Shown here in pieces: positions 43,016 through 53,718 of a stretch of 64,000 bases of DNA (positions within the stretch are counted from its first letter, which is position 1; each line of letters opens with the position of its first letter). Made by a program: the position numbers and the translations under genes. A model generated the notes under the pieces. The model was not told where the DNA came from. It was given only the letters and a program-made list of their open reading frames with translations, and did not search any database. This stretch comes from Rhodospirillales bacterium (GTDB taxonomy: Bacteria > Pseudomonadota > Alphaproteobacteria > Bin95): the NCBI GenBank assembly GCA_038143065.1, contig JAYQLI010000035.1, positions 1,344,894-1,408,893 on the forward strand, read 5' to 3'.

Positions 43016-43327
43016 AAGCTTCCTCCAACCAAACAAATAGATAATTTTGATTGCACTTAATTATTAAGAGGTTTTGGGGGCCTCTTGATCCCCTAGATGA
43101 ATCCCTAAAACATTATTTAAACCTGCCTTCGCTTATCAGGAAAGCAAAATCAAAGAAGCAGTATGAATTTAGATGCTTAACATCCTGGCCTTTGGCTAAT
43201 GTACAAACCCAACGCAGCATAGATCATTAAAAATCAAAAAAGTCAGCTTGAAGCAAAAATGCTTGCTTTAGACTAGTGGGCCTAAAAAAACACACTTATT
43301 TCATTTTTTTAGAACCGATCGCCAAGA

Positions 43328-44425
43328 TTAAAGCGGCTTCATGCGACCTTTATTACGGTCCTCCAAAATAGGACGCACCCACTTTCCAAAGCGCTCCGCC
43401 TCTTCATCATGATAATAACCTGATAGGCAGAAAGAATGACAACCAATGTTAATATAGTCCTGAAGAGTATCCGCGCATTGCTCAGGGGTGCCAACTATTA
43501 CAATGCCTGCACCTGGTCGGGCCTGGGTAAGCCCCGTCCACATATGTTTACCCATTTTCTTTCCGTACTCAGCATGGAGTTGGCGGACACGCTGGTTAGC
43601 AACTGAATTACCATACACAACCCGCACTTCCTCTTTGAAAGCATCAGTCACATTTCGAATTAGGCCTTCAGCAATCTCCCAGGCCTCCGCCTCCGTCTCT
43701 CGACAAATGATTTGCAAACGCATGCCAAAACCAATTTTGTTTTCTCTTCCATGTTTCGCAGCGCGTTTACGAATGTCGATCATATTTTCGGAAATCCGCT
43801 CGACTGTATCGCCCCAAAATAAATGGACGTCAGAGTGCTTAGCAGATAATTCCGAAGCTTCCTCGGAACCTCCTCCGAGATAGAACTTGGGATGTGGGTC
43901 TTGAAAAATGGGAGCGCCAATATGTGCCTGATTTATCTGATAATGCTTTCCTTCGTAACTGATTTTGTTGTTAGCTCCAGCTGCCCACAGCGCCTTACAA
44001 ATCTCCACTTCTTCTTGCATTGCGGCGTAACGGTCATCCTTCGGAAGGTTGACCCCTTCTGCCACATTTTCCATTTCATTCTGACCCGCAATAAGGTTGA
44101 TACAAATTCTCCCTTTACTCATTTGGTCAAAGGTCGCGATCATTTTTGCCAGTAAAACAGGGTTAATGTACGAAGGCCTTGCTGCAATCAGTGTCTTAAT
44201 GGATTTTGTCTTGGCTATTAGGAAAGCACTCGACATCCATGCATCCCAGCAAGAGGCATTTACGGGCAATAAAATGTATTCAAAACCATTATTTTCCGCT
44301 GCAACAATGACGCGCTCAAACATATCAGTAGATGGGGGCCGCTGCTGAGGCTCGTTGTAATCTAATGTGTCACCCCTGGTCGGGACGAACCACCCAAACT
44401 CTAGGTCTTTCATCTGGCCACTCAT
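43328..44425 (-). CDS. LLM-class flavin-dependent monooxygenase (SsuD-like)
   Basis: FGWFVPTRGD, AAENNGF, LIAARP, YLGGGS, LFWG, IVGTPEQ, LSGY. Confidence 0.9.
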   Translation of the reverse strand: MSGQMKDLEFGWFVPTRGDTLDYNEPQQRPPSTDMFERVIVAAENNGFEYILLPVNASCWDAWMSSAFLIAKTKSIKTLIAARPSYINPVLLAKMIATFDQMSKGRICINLIAGQNEMENVAEGVNLPKDDRYAAMQEEVEICKALWAAGANNKISYEGKHYQINQAHIGAPIFQDPHPKFYLGGGSEEASELSAKHSDVHLFWGDTVERISENMIDIRKRAAKHGRENKIGFGMRLQIICRETEAEAWEIAEGLIRNVTDAFKEEVRVVYGNSVANQRVRQLHAEYGKKMGKHMWTGLTQARPGAGIVIVGTPEQCADTLQDYINIGCHSFCLSGYYHDEEAERFGKWVRPILEDRNKGRMKPL

Positions 44426-44602
44426 TATCTTTCCCCAAATATCTTAAGAGGACGCACTTCAGGAGGTCTTTCTGAGATCAAGAACAGGGTCTGATACCAT
44501 ACAGCCAAAGGCCAACCTGAAAATCGGCACCCTGCAAATATATAGCTTTCATTCCATATTAAGCCTCAAACAGAATTTTCTGATAAGTTTTAGCTGAACT
44601 AC

Positions 44603-46399
44603 TTACTCATCGAATTTGAAGTACTCTTCATAACGACCTTTTGACTCTTCAAGATGCTGGCAATATTGCCACATACCACCGTTATAATTTCCATCTTCCC
44701 GACGATTTTCTTCGCCTTCAAAATTATAATAACCCGGCGTGCACTCACGATTGCGGCTGGTTGTACCTCGGTATTTGATTACTTCGCCCACCCACCAACT
44801 CTCTGTATTCGGCTTCGCATCAATCGCCCGATAACCGTTTTCACGCGTGTGCTTTATACACTCTGCGATGTGAAACCCTTGGGTCTGGAGCATAAAAGTC
44901 ACGTTAAACTGAAAACTGGCTTGTTATCCCCCCATAATAAATAAGTTAGGGTAGCCCGCAGAATGGATGCCAAAAACTGTACGCATGCCATTCTTATATT
45001 TATCGTTTAATTCTAATCCATTCTCTCCACGTATATCGTTGTAAATCCCAGTTACCTGCACCTCAAACCCAGTAGCGTAAATCAAAAGATCTAACGGATA
45101 CTCTTGTCCCTCAAAAATGACCCCGTCTTCACAGATCTCAGTAATTCCCTTGCCATCTGTATCTACAAGATGCACAGAAGAAATATTGAATGCTGGCAAA
45201 TAATCATCGTCATAAGTCGGCCGCTTGCAGCGGTGCATGTACCAAGGCTTCAGCGCCTCAGCTGTCTTTTTATCTTGCACAACTTCGTCTACTCGACGAT
45301 GTATGCGCATCTGGTGCTCGATATTATGATTTTCATAACGCTGCGTGCGCAGCTCGCGCGGCATCGCCTCAATCTCTTTGCGTTTTTCAGGGTCCGGCTT
45401 TGTGCCGAGCACATGTCGGTCCAACCTCTCCTTTTGCCATCCTGGCTTGAGGCTTGCTGCCCAATCAGGATTGGTAGGTATATCATCCCGGATATCGATT
45501 GCTGATGGAGTTCTTTGGAAAACAAAAAGCTCTTTTGCTGCTTTACCGAGGTGCGGGATAAGTTGAACTGCTGTTGCGCCAGTACCAATGATTCCAACCC
45601 GTTTATTTTTTAAGTTTTCCAGGTTCTGACCACAGTATTCGTAATCAAATCGAGAGGAATGGAAAGAATGGCCCTTAAAGCGCTCCATGCCTTTAATTTT
45701 TGTTAGTTTTGGCTTCGCTAAAGTACCATTTGCCACGATCACAAAATTTGCGGTTAGCTTATCACCTCGATCGGTTTGCAGACACCATACCTTTTCCTTT
45801 TCATCCCAATACGTCTGCGTAACGGTCGTTTGGAATATAGCCAAATCATAGAGGTCATACTTGCGAGCAATAGCTTGGCAATGCGCAAAAATTTCAGGGC
45901 CTTTTGCAAAAAAACTCTTTGGCACGTAGCCAAGCTCATCAAGAAGAGGAAGGTAATCGTAAGCAGATACATCGCAGGCAGCTCCCGGATATCGATTCCA
46001 ATACCAAGTACCACCGACATCCGAACCTTTTTCGACAATGCGGATGCTCTCAACACCTCGTTCTCTTAACCTTGCTGCAGTTAATAGTGCCGAAAACCCT
46101 CCGCCGATAAACAGACATTCTACATGATCTTCGATTGGAGCACGTTCAATTCTATTTTCCGCCCATGGGTCCGTTTCATACTTAGCAAGATCACCTGTTA
46201 GGTCTGACGTGTACTGGCTCATTCCATCAGGCCGATAATTAAGACGCTTGTCACGCTCCTCCGCAAATTTTGCCTTTATCTGGTCATAGAAGGCTTGAGG
46301 TTTTTCTGTTGCAACTGTCGGATCAAACGCCGCACGTCTGGCCATTTTGTTCGGGTCGTTAACCCGACCTGGCTTCATATCCACATTCGCTTTTACCAT
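44603..46399 (-). CDS. Baeyer-Villiger monooxygenase, frameshift in a C run at ~44930
   Basis: GGGFSA, GGTWYWNRYPG, FKGHSFHSSRFD fingerprint, GTGATA, CKRP, ATGF, CTPGYYNFEG. Confidence 0.92.
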
Positions 46400-46478
46400 T
46401 GCAAACTTCCTACAGCTGTTACGACCAACCACCATCTAAGATCGAGTTTGAAGATTAATGATTATTGCATCAACCCAA

Positions 46479-48284
46479 TTAAGAGTATTTTGCCTCCAGC
46501 AAACCAAGTTCTGTCGCCTTAATTTGAAGGGCTAGAAACTTCGAATTGATACGTACCTGAGCCAAACCTCCCGCAATAAACCATAGACCCTCTTGGGGTG
46601 TCCGTCTGAACATATTATTCAGCTCACCGTCCTCCCCCAGCCCCCATACTTGGCCAATGGTTTTCACCATCTCTTCGCCGAGCGCCCGACGCACCAACTC
46701 CTCTTGTGGATGATAGCCGGTAGCAAGAACGATTAGATCCGCCGGAACAATGGAGCCATCCTTCAAAAGCGCTCCATCCTCAACGAATTTCTTGATTTTT
46801 CCGTAATCTAATAGACCAATCTCGCCTTTAATCATTAGCGCAGAGCTTCCCGCGTCCAGGTTGTACCCTCCTCCGCGACGGAAATACTTCATCTGATGAC
46901 CAGTTTCATCTTCACCGACATCAAACTTGAAACCTATGCCCTTCAAGCCTTCAATCATATCTCTATCCAGCTCCAACATGCGCTGGGTCACTTGCTTGTA
47001 CGCCTCGACCATCAGGGTGGGTGTCGCCGAAGCTACTATGAGGTCACAATCCTCTAATGGAGGACCTTCATCAAAAATTGCTTCGTTTAACCGAGCACTA
47101 GGATCAATAGACACAACGGTAGTTGAACCACGTTGGATCAAAGTTGTTTTGACGTCGAAGCTGTGTAGATCAAGAGCAATATCGTTAGCACTTGAACCAG
47201 TGCCTAAGATAAGCGCACGTTTACCTGTCCACGGTGCACCACTATCAAAACCTTCAGAATGAATAACAGTGCCCTTGAAACTCTCCAGACCTGGTAAATT
47301 TGGAATTAAAGGGTAGCTACTTACCCCATTTGCGAATACTAAGTGACGAGGTCGAAGGACGCGTTCAGTACCGTCACTGGACCTTAACTTAGCAGTCCAG
47401 CACTTTTCGTGAGGGCTCCATTCACCGGCAACAAACTCCGTATCTGTCCAACAGTTAATCTCCATTGCCTCTGCGTAAAATTCAAACCAAAGCCCAAGCA
47501 TGTCTTTTGGGATGTACTTTGGCCAAGTTGGTGGGAACTCCATGTACGGCAGATGGTTAAGATGAATTGAGTTATGCAACGCGAGCGAGTGGTACCGTTT
47601 TCGCCAACTATCTCCAATTCGCGGCCAACTCTCGACAACAAGATTATCTATCCCAAGTTGATTCAATCTGGCAGCTATAGAAAGCCCAGCCTGAGCCCCA
47701 CCAATTACAAGCACCGTAGGTTCACGATTGTCGTATGTAAGGGCCTTCCGACGAGCATCTTCCCAGTTATCACCGCCAAAATTACGCGAGTATGCCGCAC
47801 CGGTTGGCCTATTTTCGCCAATCTTCTCAGCATGCCCCTCTAGCTCCTGGAGGGTGGTGGAAACATGCCATGCCAGCAACTCCCCATTTTTTGCTTCGGT
47901 TAATCGAACGATTCCCGCCCCTCTCCCAACCGAGAGCGAAAATTCAAATATCGCTTCAATACTCTCATTGCCGACACGTTTGACTTGTCTCGGAGGCTTG
48001 CGACCGTCTGGAATACAAAAACCATGCGCACCGGCACTTTCTTGTCGCGCAACTAACTCGGACACCACAGCATCCCGCCCTTCAAACGCAGAGAGGTCCC
48101 AAGTGAAGGCAAGAATGTCGCGCCAATGACATGTCTGGTGAAAAAGTTTGCCTATTGAACTGGCATCTCCAGTTGAAAGCGCTATCTCAAACTGCTCAAG
48201 CCAACTCTCAGCTGCACTCTTAAATGCGACCGCATCCTTCCATCGTTGCAAAGAGTCATCTTGGAAATTCATCTTAAAATTCAC
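46479..48284 (-). CDS. Flavin-containing monooxygenase with N-terminal extension (type II FMO-like)
   Basis: WRDILAFTW N-terminal domain, GGAQAG, GDSWRKRY, FKGTVIHSEGF, GTGSSA, ATGY. Confidence 0.9.
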   Translation of the reverse strand: MNFKMNFQDDSLQRWKDAVAFKSAAESWLEQFEIALSTGDASSIGKLFHQTCHWRDILAFTWDLSAFEGRDAVVSELVARQESAGAHGFCIPDGRKPPRQVKRVGNESIEAIFEFSLSVGRGAGIVRLTEAKNGELLAWHVSTTLQELEGHAEKIGENRPTGAAYSRNFGGDNWEDARRKALTYDNREPTVLVIGGAQAGLSIAARLNQLGIDNLVVESWPRIGDSWRKRYHSLALHNSIHLNHLPYMEFPPTWPKYIPKDMLGLWFEFYAEAMEINCWTDTEFVAGEWSPHEKCWTAKLRSSDGTERVLRPRHLVFANGVSSYPLIPNLPGLESFKGTVIHSEGFDSGAPWTGKRALILGTGSSANDIALDLHSFDVKTTLIQRGSTTVVSIDPSARLNEAIFDEGPPLEDCDLIVASATPTLMVEAYKQVTQRMLELDRDMIEGLKGIGFKFDVGEDETGHQMKYFRRGGGYNLDAGSSALMIKGEIGLLDYGKIKKFVEDGALLKDGSIVPADLIVLATGYHPQEELVRRALGEEMVKTIGQVWGLGEDGELNNMFRRTPQEGLWFIAGGLAQVRINSKFLALQIKATELGLLEAKYS

Positions 48285-48337
48285 TCCTGCACTTAAACAC
48301 TGAGACGCGCTAATTCCTCACAAACTCTAAAAATCTA

Positions 48338-48796
48338 TCAACCTGACATCCGCTGTGTGAAGTCCCAAGACGTTAATCGTTCAGGAATAATCTTAATTGC
48401 GTACTCATCATCGGCTTTGCGAAGCAGCATCTCTTTAAATCTCGGCGCTTCATTGGACATAAATTTGTCTATTAAGCTACCCAATAATGCCCCACCATCC
48501 TTTTCGAGCAAAACTCTACCTTTACCTCGGACCCCTTTATAAGGTGGTTGATCGATAGATATATCAAATGCGCAGCGGTCATCGCGTTCAAGCGCCCGCG
48601 CAAGTGCTGAATTTGGTCGAGTGGCCGACCAAATCACGCCATCTGCCCAATGATGCCAAATTGGCGTAACCATTGGGTACCCAGAAGGTCGATTAACAGC
48701 TATCCGCATCGGGACACGTGTTCTATCCAAAAAAGCCAAAATGTCTTCCACATCCCAAGGGCCTTCTATCGGAATATTTCCAATTGCATGCGTCAT
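48338..48796 (-). CDS. Pyridoxamine 5'-phosphate oxidase-like split-barrel protein
   Basis: RIAV...GYP..TPIW, PPYKGVRGKG, IIPERLTSWDF. Confidence 0.85.
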   Translation of the reverse strand: MTHAIGNIPIEGPWDVEDILAFLDRTRVPMRIAVNRPSGYPMVTPIWHHWADGVIWSATRPNSALARALERDDRCAFDISIDQPPYKGVRGKGRVLLEKDGGALLGSLIDKFMSNEAPRFKEMLLRKADDEYAIKIIPERLTSWDFTQRMSG

Positions 48797-49211
48797 GTTA
48801 TTTTTTCCTTAGCAATTAGAATGATGCCGTAACACCGACTAATTTAAGGCTCTCCCAAGATCATACACCCACCATGGCATGCAAATCTGAATCTCTGAAG
48901 CCTAACAGACGACGAATTACCTATAAAATATAAAAAAGCAGTTACTCGATGACGGTTTAAGACAGCTCTATTGCGCTATGCCCCAATCATATTCTAAACC
49001 GAAAAGCCGATGAATTTTAGTATTGTACGGTCACAAAATAGTTCTGCTTTCTGTAACCTTTTCTACTCGTTGAAATGGAAGAGTAGATTTGTTCGTATTG
49101 CAGTTCTGCACTGTTTGACCCAATGTCTGAAATTCAGAGACACGGTGGGAGCGCGAGTCAGCTGCTGCCCATCACCCATATGTTTAGAAGACCCAGAACA
49201 GCGAGACCAAG

Positions 49212-51977
49212 ATGAGCCTGTATTCCGACTATCTATCTGAAATCGAAAACCGGAAAGGTCAGGGACTACACCCTAAACCAATTGACGATGGAGCTCTTGT
49301 AAAGGAGCTAATCACTCGCATCAAAGATACAAGTCATGCTGATCGTGAAGCGTCTCTTAACTTCTTCATTTATAACACCCTACCAGGAACAACGAGTGCC
49401 GCCGGAGTAAAAGCCGCATTTCTTGAAGAGATTATTTTACGCAAAGAAACAGTCGAAGAAATTTCTCCTGATTTTGCCTTTGAATTGCTGTCCCACATGA
49501 AGGGCGGCCCTTCAGTTGAGGTTCTGCTTAATTTAGCCCTTGGTGAAGACGCTGGCATCGCAAAGCAAGCGGCCGACGTACTTAAAACACAAGTATTCCT
49601 TTACGAGGCAGACACAAATCGTCTTCAAGCGGCATACTCATCTGGCAATGCGGTGGCCACCGATATTCTTCGCAGTTATGCGGATGCTGAATTCTTCACA
49701 AATCTCCCCGAGATAGACGAAGAAATAAAAGTGGTGACGTATGTAGCAGCTGAGGGCGACATCTCAACCGACCTTATGTCCCCTGGCGCAGAGGCCCACT
49801 CTAGAGCTGACAGAGAACTTCATGGTCAAAGCTTTATCTCACGCAAGGCTCAAGAGGAAATTGAAGCTCTAAAGCTCCAGCATCCTGGCAAGCGTATGAT
49901 GATGATTGCCGAAAAGGGCACCATGGGCGTAGGTTCTTCACGAATGTCAGGGGTTAACAATGTTGCCCTATGGATGGGCGAACCTGCGAGCCCATATGTT
50001 CCGTTCGTGAATATTGCACCAATTGTAGCAGGAACGAATGGAATTTCTCCAATATTCCAAACCACTGTCGGCGTAACAGGTGGGATTGGTGTCGACCTTA
50101 AAAATTGGGTGAAAAAAGTTGATGAGAATGGGAAAATAATCGTCAACAATGACGGGAACCCAATCCTCGAAGAGAAATATTCTGTCGCAACCGGAACAAC
50201 ACTGACGATCAACACCAAAACCCGCAAACTGATGAATGAAGACAGTTCTGAGGAGTTGGCAGATGTTTCAAATGCCTTCTCCCCTCAGTCTGTAGAATTC
50301 ATGAAAGCAGGGGGATCTTATGCAATCGATTTCGGCAAGAAACTCCAAATCTTTGCTGCTGAAACCTTAGGTGTAGTTCCCAAACCCGTATTTGCCCCGC
50401 CGAAGGTGGTATCGAGCCCAGGCCAAGGCCTAACAGCCGTTGAAAAAATCTTCAACGCAAATGCAGTTGGTGTTCCTGAAGGCACTGTTCTTCACGCCGG
50501 TTCAGATGCTGTTGTTAAAGTGAATATCGTTGGGTCACAGGACACAACTGGGCCAATGACAGTCCAAGAACTGGAGGCTATGGCTGCAACGGTTATTTCT
50601 CCCGTCCTCGACGGAGCCTATCAGTCAGGCTGCCATACCGCTTCGGTTTGGGACAAAAAAGCTCAAGCAAATACCCCAAAACTAATGGCCTTTATGAACA
50701 ATTTTGGCCTTGTTACCGGGCGGGATCCATCTGGCAAGTACCACGCTATGACTGACGTCATTCATAAAGTACTCAACGATATCACAGTTGATGATCGCGC
50801 CATCATAATCGGAGGAGATTCACACACGCGGATGTCCAAAGGCGTGGCTTTTGGCGCGGACTCAGGGACGGTTGCCTTAGCCCTAGCCCTTGGCCAAGCC
50901 AGCATTCCAGTCCCCCAATCTGTAAAGGTTACTTTCAAAGGTAAGATGGCTGAACACATGGACTTCCGCGATGTAGTCCATGCAACGCAGGCACAAATGC
51001 TAGCCCAATTTGACGGTGAAAATGTATTCCAAGGCCGAATAATTGAAGTTCACATCGGCACCCTTCTAGCCGACCAAGCATTTACTTTCACCGACTGGAC
51101 GGCAGAGATGAAAGCAAAGGCATCAATTTGCATCTCAAATGATGAGACGCTCATTGAATCCCTAGAAATTGCTAAATCCCGCATCCAAGTCATGATTGAT
51201 AAAGGTATGGAAATACCCTCAAAGATGCTGCAGCATCTTATCGATAAAGCAGATGAGCGGATCGAAGGCATCAAATCAGGAAAAGAGCCTGCATTAAAGC
51301 CTGACAATAACGCCAAATATTTTGCTGAAGTCGTTGTAGACCTTGATGCAATCAATGAACCAATGATCGCTGATCCAGACGTCGACAACATTGATATAGC
51401 CAAGCGATACACCCACGACACAATCAGGCCGATCTCTTACTATGAGGGCACAAAACAGGTGGACCTTGGCTTTGTAGGCTCATGCATGGTTCATAAGGGT
51501 GACATGAATATCATCGCCCAGATGTTTAGGAATATTGAAAAAGCCAACGGAAAAGTTGAGTTTAGGGCTCCTCTGGTAGTTGCTCCTCCAACCTACAACA
51601 TTGTTGATGAGCTTAAAGCTGAAGGTGACTGGGATATCCTGCAAAAATACGCAGGTTTTGTATTCAACGACGAAGCTCCGAAGACCGAAGCACGTAAGGA
51701 ATATGACAATATCCTATATCTAGAACGCCCTGGCTGTAATCTTTGCATGGGCAATCAGGAAAAAGCAGCAAAAGGCGATACGGTGATGGCAACGTCAACC
51801 CGACTTTTCCAAGGGCGTGTGGTGGCTGACTCAGAGGAAAAGAAAGGAGAGTCTCTCCTTGCTTCAACCCCAGTGGTAGTGCTCTCGACCATTTTGGGCA
51901 GAACCCCAAATATCGATGAATACCAGGCAGCCGTGGAAGGCATTGACCTAACTAAGTTTGCCCCTCCCACTGCGTAA
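49212..51977 (+). CDS. acnB: Bifunctional aconitate hydratase 2 / 2-methylisocitrate dehydratase
   Basis: LLSHMKGG, GSSRMS, GSQDTTGPM, QSGCHTA, GGDSHTR, GSCM, PGCNLCMGNQ, TSTR.FQGR. Confidence 0.95.
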   Translation: MSLYSDYLSEIENRKGQGLHPKPIDDGALVKELITRIKDTSHADREASLNFFIYNTLPGTTSAAGVKAAFLEEIILRKETVEEISPDFAFELLSHMKGGPSVEVLLNLALGEDAGIAKQAADVLKTQVFLYEADTNRLQAAYSSGNAVATDILRSYADAEFFTNLPEIDEEIKVVTYVAAEGDISTDLMSPGAEAHSRADRELHGQSFISRKAQEEIEALKLQHPGKRMMMIAEKGTMGVGSSRMSGVNNVALWMGEPASPYVPFVNIAPIVAGTNGISPIFQTTVGVTGGIGVDLKNWVKKVDENGKIIVNNDGNPILEEKYSVATGTTLTINTKTRKLMNEDSSEELADVSNAFSPQSVEFMKAGGSYAIDFGKKLQIFAAETLGVVPKPVFAPPKVVSSPGQGLTAVEKIFNANAVGVPEGTVLHAGSDAVVKVNIVGSQDTTGPMTVQELEAMAATVISPVLDGAYQSGCHTASVWDKKAQANTPKLMAFMNNFGLVTGRDPSGKYHAMTDVIHKVLNDITVDDRAIIIGGDSHTRMSKGVAFGADSGTVALALALGQASIPVPQSVKVTFKGKMAEHMDFRDVVHATQAQMLAQFDGENVFQGRIIEVHIGTLLADQAFTFTDWTAEMKAKASICISNDETLIESLEIAKSRIQVMIDKGMEIPSKMLQHLIDKADERIEGIKSGKEPALKPDNNAKYFAEVVVDLDAINEPMIADPDVDNIDIAKRYTHDTIRPISYYEGTKQVDLGFVGSCMVHKGDMNIIAQMFRNIEKANGKVEFRAPLVVAPPTYNIVDELKAEGDWDILQKYAGFVFNDEAPKTEARKEYDNILYLERPGCNLCMGNQEKAAKGDTVMATSTRLFQGRVVADSEEKKGESLLASTPVVVLSTILGRTPNIDEYQAAVEGIDLTKFAPPTA

Positions 51978-52129
51978 GCTCTTTTCCATTCGCTACGGTG
52001 TCTAAATGTGATGAACTATGCCTAGAGCATTGCAAAAATATACACTAGATTTCGGCGCTGAATTGAAAATGAGTTGTTTACACTTTCCATGGGTTTAGGG
52101 GACTTGATTCTAGACAAGGAGACTACCTT

Positions 52130-52504
52130 ATGTCCGATCAGCCCAAGGGAGAATTGACTCTCCGCACACTGGCAATGCCTTCCGATACAAACCCCAGTGG
52201 TGATATTTTCGGCGGGTGGGTTTTGTCACAAATGGATATAGCCGCCGGTATTGCTGCCGGCGCAACAGCACAGGGACGCGTAACCACAGTCGCAATCGAT
52301 GCTATGCGATTTCACCGTCCTGTAAAAGTTGGCGATGTCCTATGTGTTTATTCTCTTGTCTCAAAGATCGGAACAACGTCAATAAAAATTGAACTTGAAG
52401 CCTGGGTTTTACGTAATCGTATTGGAGCACGCGAAAAAGTCACCGAAGGTATATTTACTTTTGTTGCTATTGACAGCTCGGGACGTCCAAGGCCAGTGCA
52501 ATAG
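52130..52504 (+). CDS. Acyl-CoA thioesterase (YciA-like hot-dog fold)
   Basis: AMPSDTNPSGDIFGGWVLSQMD, VTEGIFTFVAID. Confidence 0.93.
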   Translation: MSDQPKGELTLRTLAMPSDTNPSGDIFGGWVLSQMDIAAGIAAGATAQGRVTTVAIDAMRFHRPVKVGDVLCVYSLVSKIGTTSIKIELEAWVLRNRIGAREKVTEGIFTFVAIDSSGRPRPVQ

Positions 52505-52765
52505 CCACCTTAAAAATAATCCTGCAACATTGGCACCAATAGAACTCGCGTCGGCAACTAGACCGACGAAACTTTGCTTGGACGAATAACTATCAGCAAA
52601 AATACATTTTGCGTAATCATCCATTGTTAAAATTACTTCTTGTTCACTATAATCCTCACTAAGGAAGTATTCCGTTAGGGTTACGCTTCTTTGAAACAGA
52701 AGGTTGATAATAGGAAAACTGCACGCAATCACTTTTTATAAATAGAATTCTACTGCAAATGCTGA

Positions 52766-53716
52766 TTGGCTAGAATGCGATTAATTTTAATAATACTACT
52801 TATTTGCTCGACGCTTGGACTTACAGCCGTAGGCTTCATACTGCTGAAAAATCGCAAACATGCTCCAGTTGTTCAAGAATCCCCAAAAACCTATGTCGTT
52901 GTGCCTAATGTCGACCTTTTGAGAGGACATGTAATAGGTGCTGGAGATTTATCTTGGATGGAATGGCCTAATGATTCAGCCAATAATTTCGTTTCATCCG
53001 AACAGAAAGACCCATTTTATTTAAGCACATTTGATGGAAGAGTTGCTCGCGTAGAAATTTCTGCAAAAACTCCCATCCTTGAGAAGAACTTTATCTCAAA
53101 GGATGCTGCAGGGGGCCTTATCTCACTCCTTTTGCAATCAGGAAAGCGCGCTTACACAATATCTGTAGAGATTGACTCCGGAGGAGCTGGATTTATTGTC
53201 CCCGGAGATTTTGTAGACATCATTTTAATTCAAAACTTACGAGATAAATTACCCAGATCCAACTCAAATTCCACTCCTACTAAGCTCACAGATCAGATTT
53301 TGAATGCGGCAGCAGAGACGCTACTGGAAAATGTTAAGGTAATCGCCGTAGGATCTAAAACCTATGTTCCAAGGACCTCATCAGATACAGAAGTTGTGCC
53401 GGTTGAAACTATAACGGTTGAGTTGGATCAGTCTGAAAGTGAGAAACTTGCCCTCGCTAAAACATTGGGATCACTGTCAGTAGTTCTGAGATCGTTATCA
53501 TCCGAATCTAATTCCAACTCAGACAGTTTTATTGCTGATACCAAGGCTTCTAAGGCCCTCAAAAAGGTAATTGAAGAAGCGCAAAAGAATGAGTCTCCAA
53601 GGCAGCCCAGTCCAACTCGGAAGAACAATCAATCCGTAAAAAAAGGTCAATTAAAATATATAGTGGCCGCAATGTATTTGAAAAAAATGTTTCATCACGG
53701 TGATGTAAGGAAATAG
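52766..53716 (+). CDS. cpaB: Flp pilus assembly protein CpaB/RcpC; C-terminus probably frameshifted at ~53640
   Basis: N-terminal TM, SAF-like domain, GKRAYTISV, AGFIVPGDFVDIIL, TLLENVKVIAV, GSLSVVLRS. Confidence 0.9.
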   Translation: MARMRLILIILLICSTLGLTAVGFILLKNRKHAPVVQESPKTYVVVPNVDLLRGHVIGAGDLSWMEWPNDSANNFVSSEQKDPFYLSTFDGRVARVEISAKTPILEKNFISKDAAGGLISLLLQSGKRAYTISVEIDSGGAGFIVPGDFVDIILIQNLRDKLPRSNSNSTPTKLTDQILNAAAETLLENVKVIAVGSKTYVPRTSSDTEVVPVETITVELDQSESEKLALAKTLGSLSVVLRSLSSESNSNSDSFIADTKASKALKKVIEEAQKNESPRQPSPTRKNNQSVKKGQLKYIVAAMYLKKMFHHGDVRK

Positions 53717-53718
53717 TC

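Noticed and set aside
44484-44535. SAM-II riboswitch (GCCGATTT on the minus strand)
   Set aside because: The downstream TTGC and GCTAAA pseudoknot elements are absent; kept only as an unassigned structure
829-46399. Mass pseudogenisation or programmed frameshifting (DUF1285, map, selO, fabH, plsX, permease, thiL, M48, LLM, methyltransferase, SDR, BVMO)
   Set aside because: Breaks are single-base indels, mostly in homopolymers; they hit normally essential genes and both halves stay conserved, which is typical of unpolished long-read error
49010-49240. 76-aa Cys-rich upstream ORF overlapping the acnB start
   Set aside because: No clear RBS or motif; cannot be supported without conservation or ribosome-profiling data
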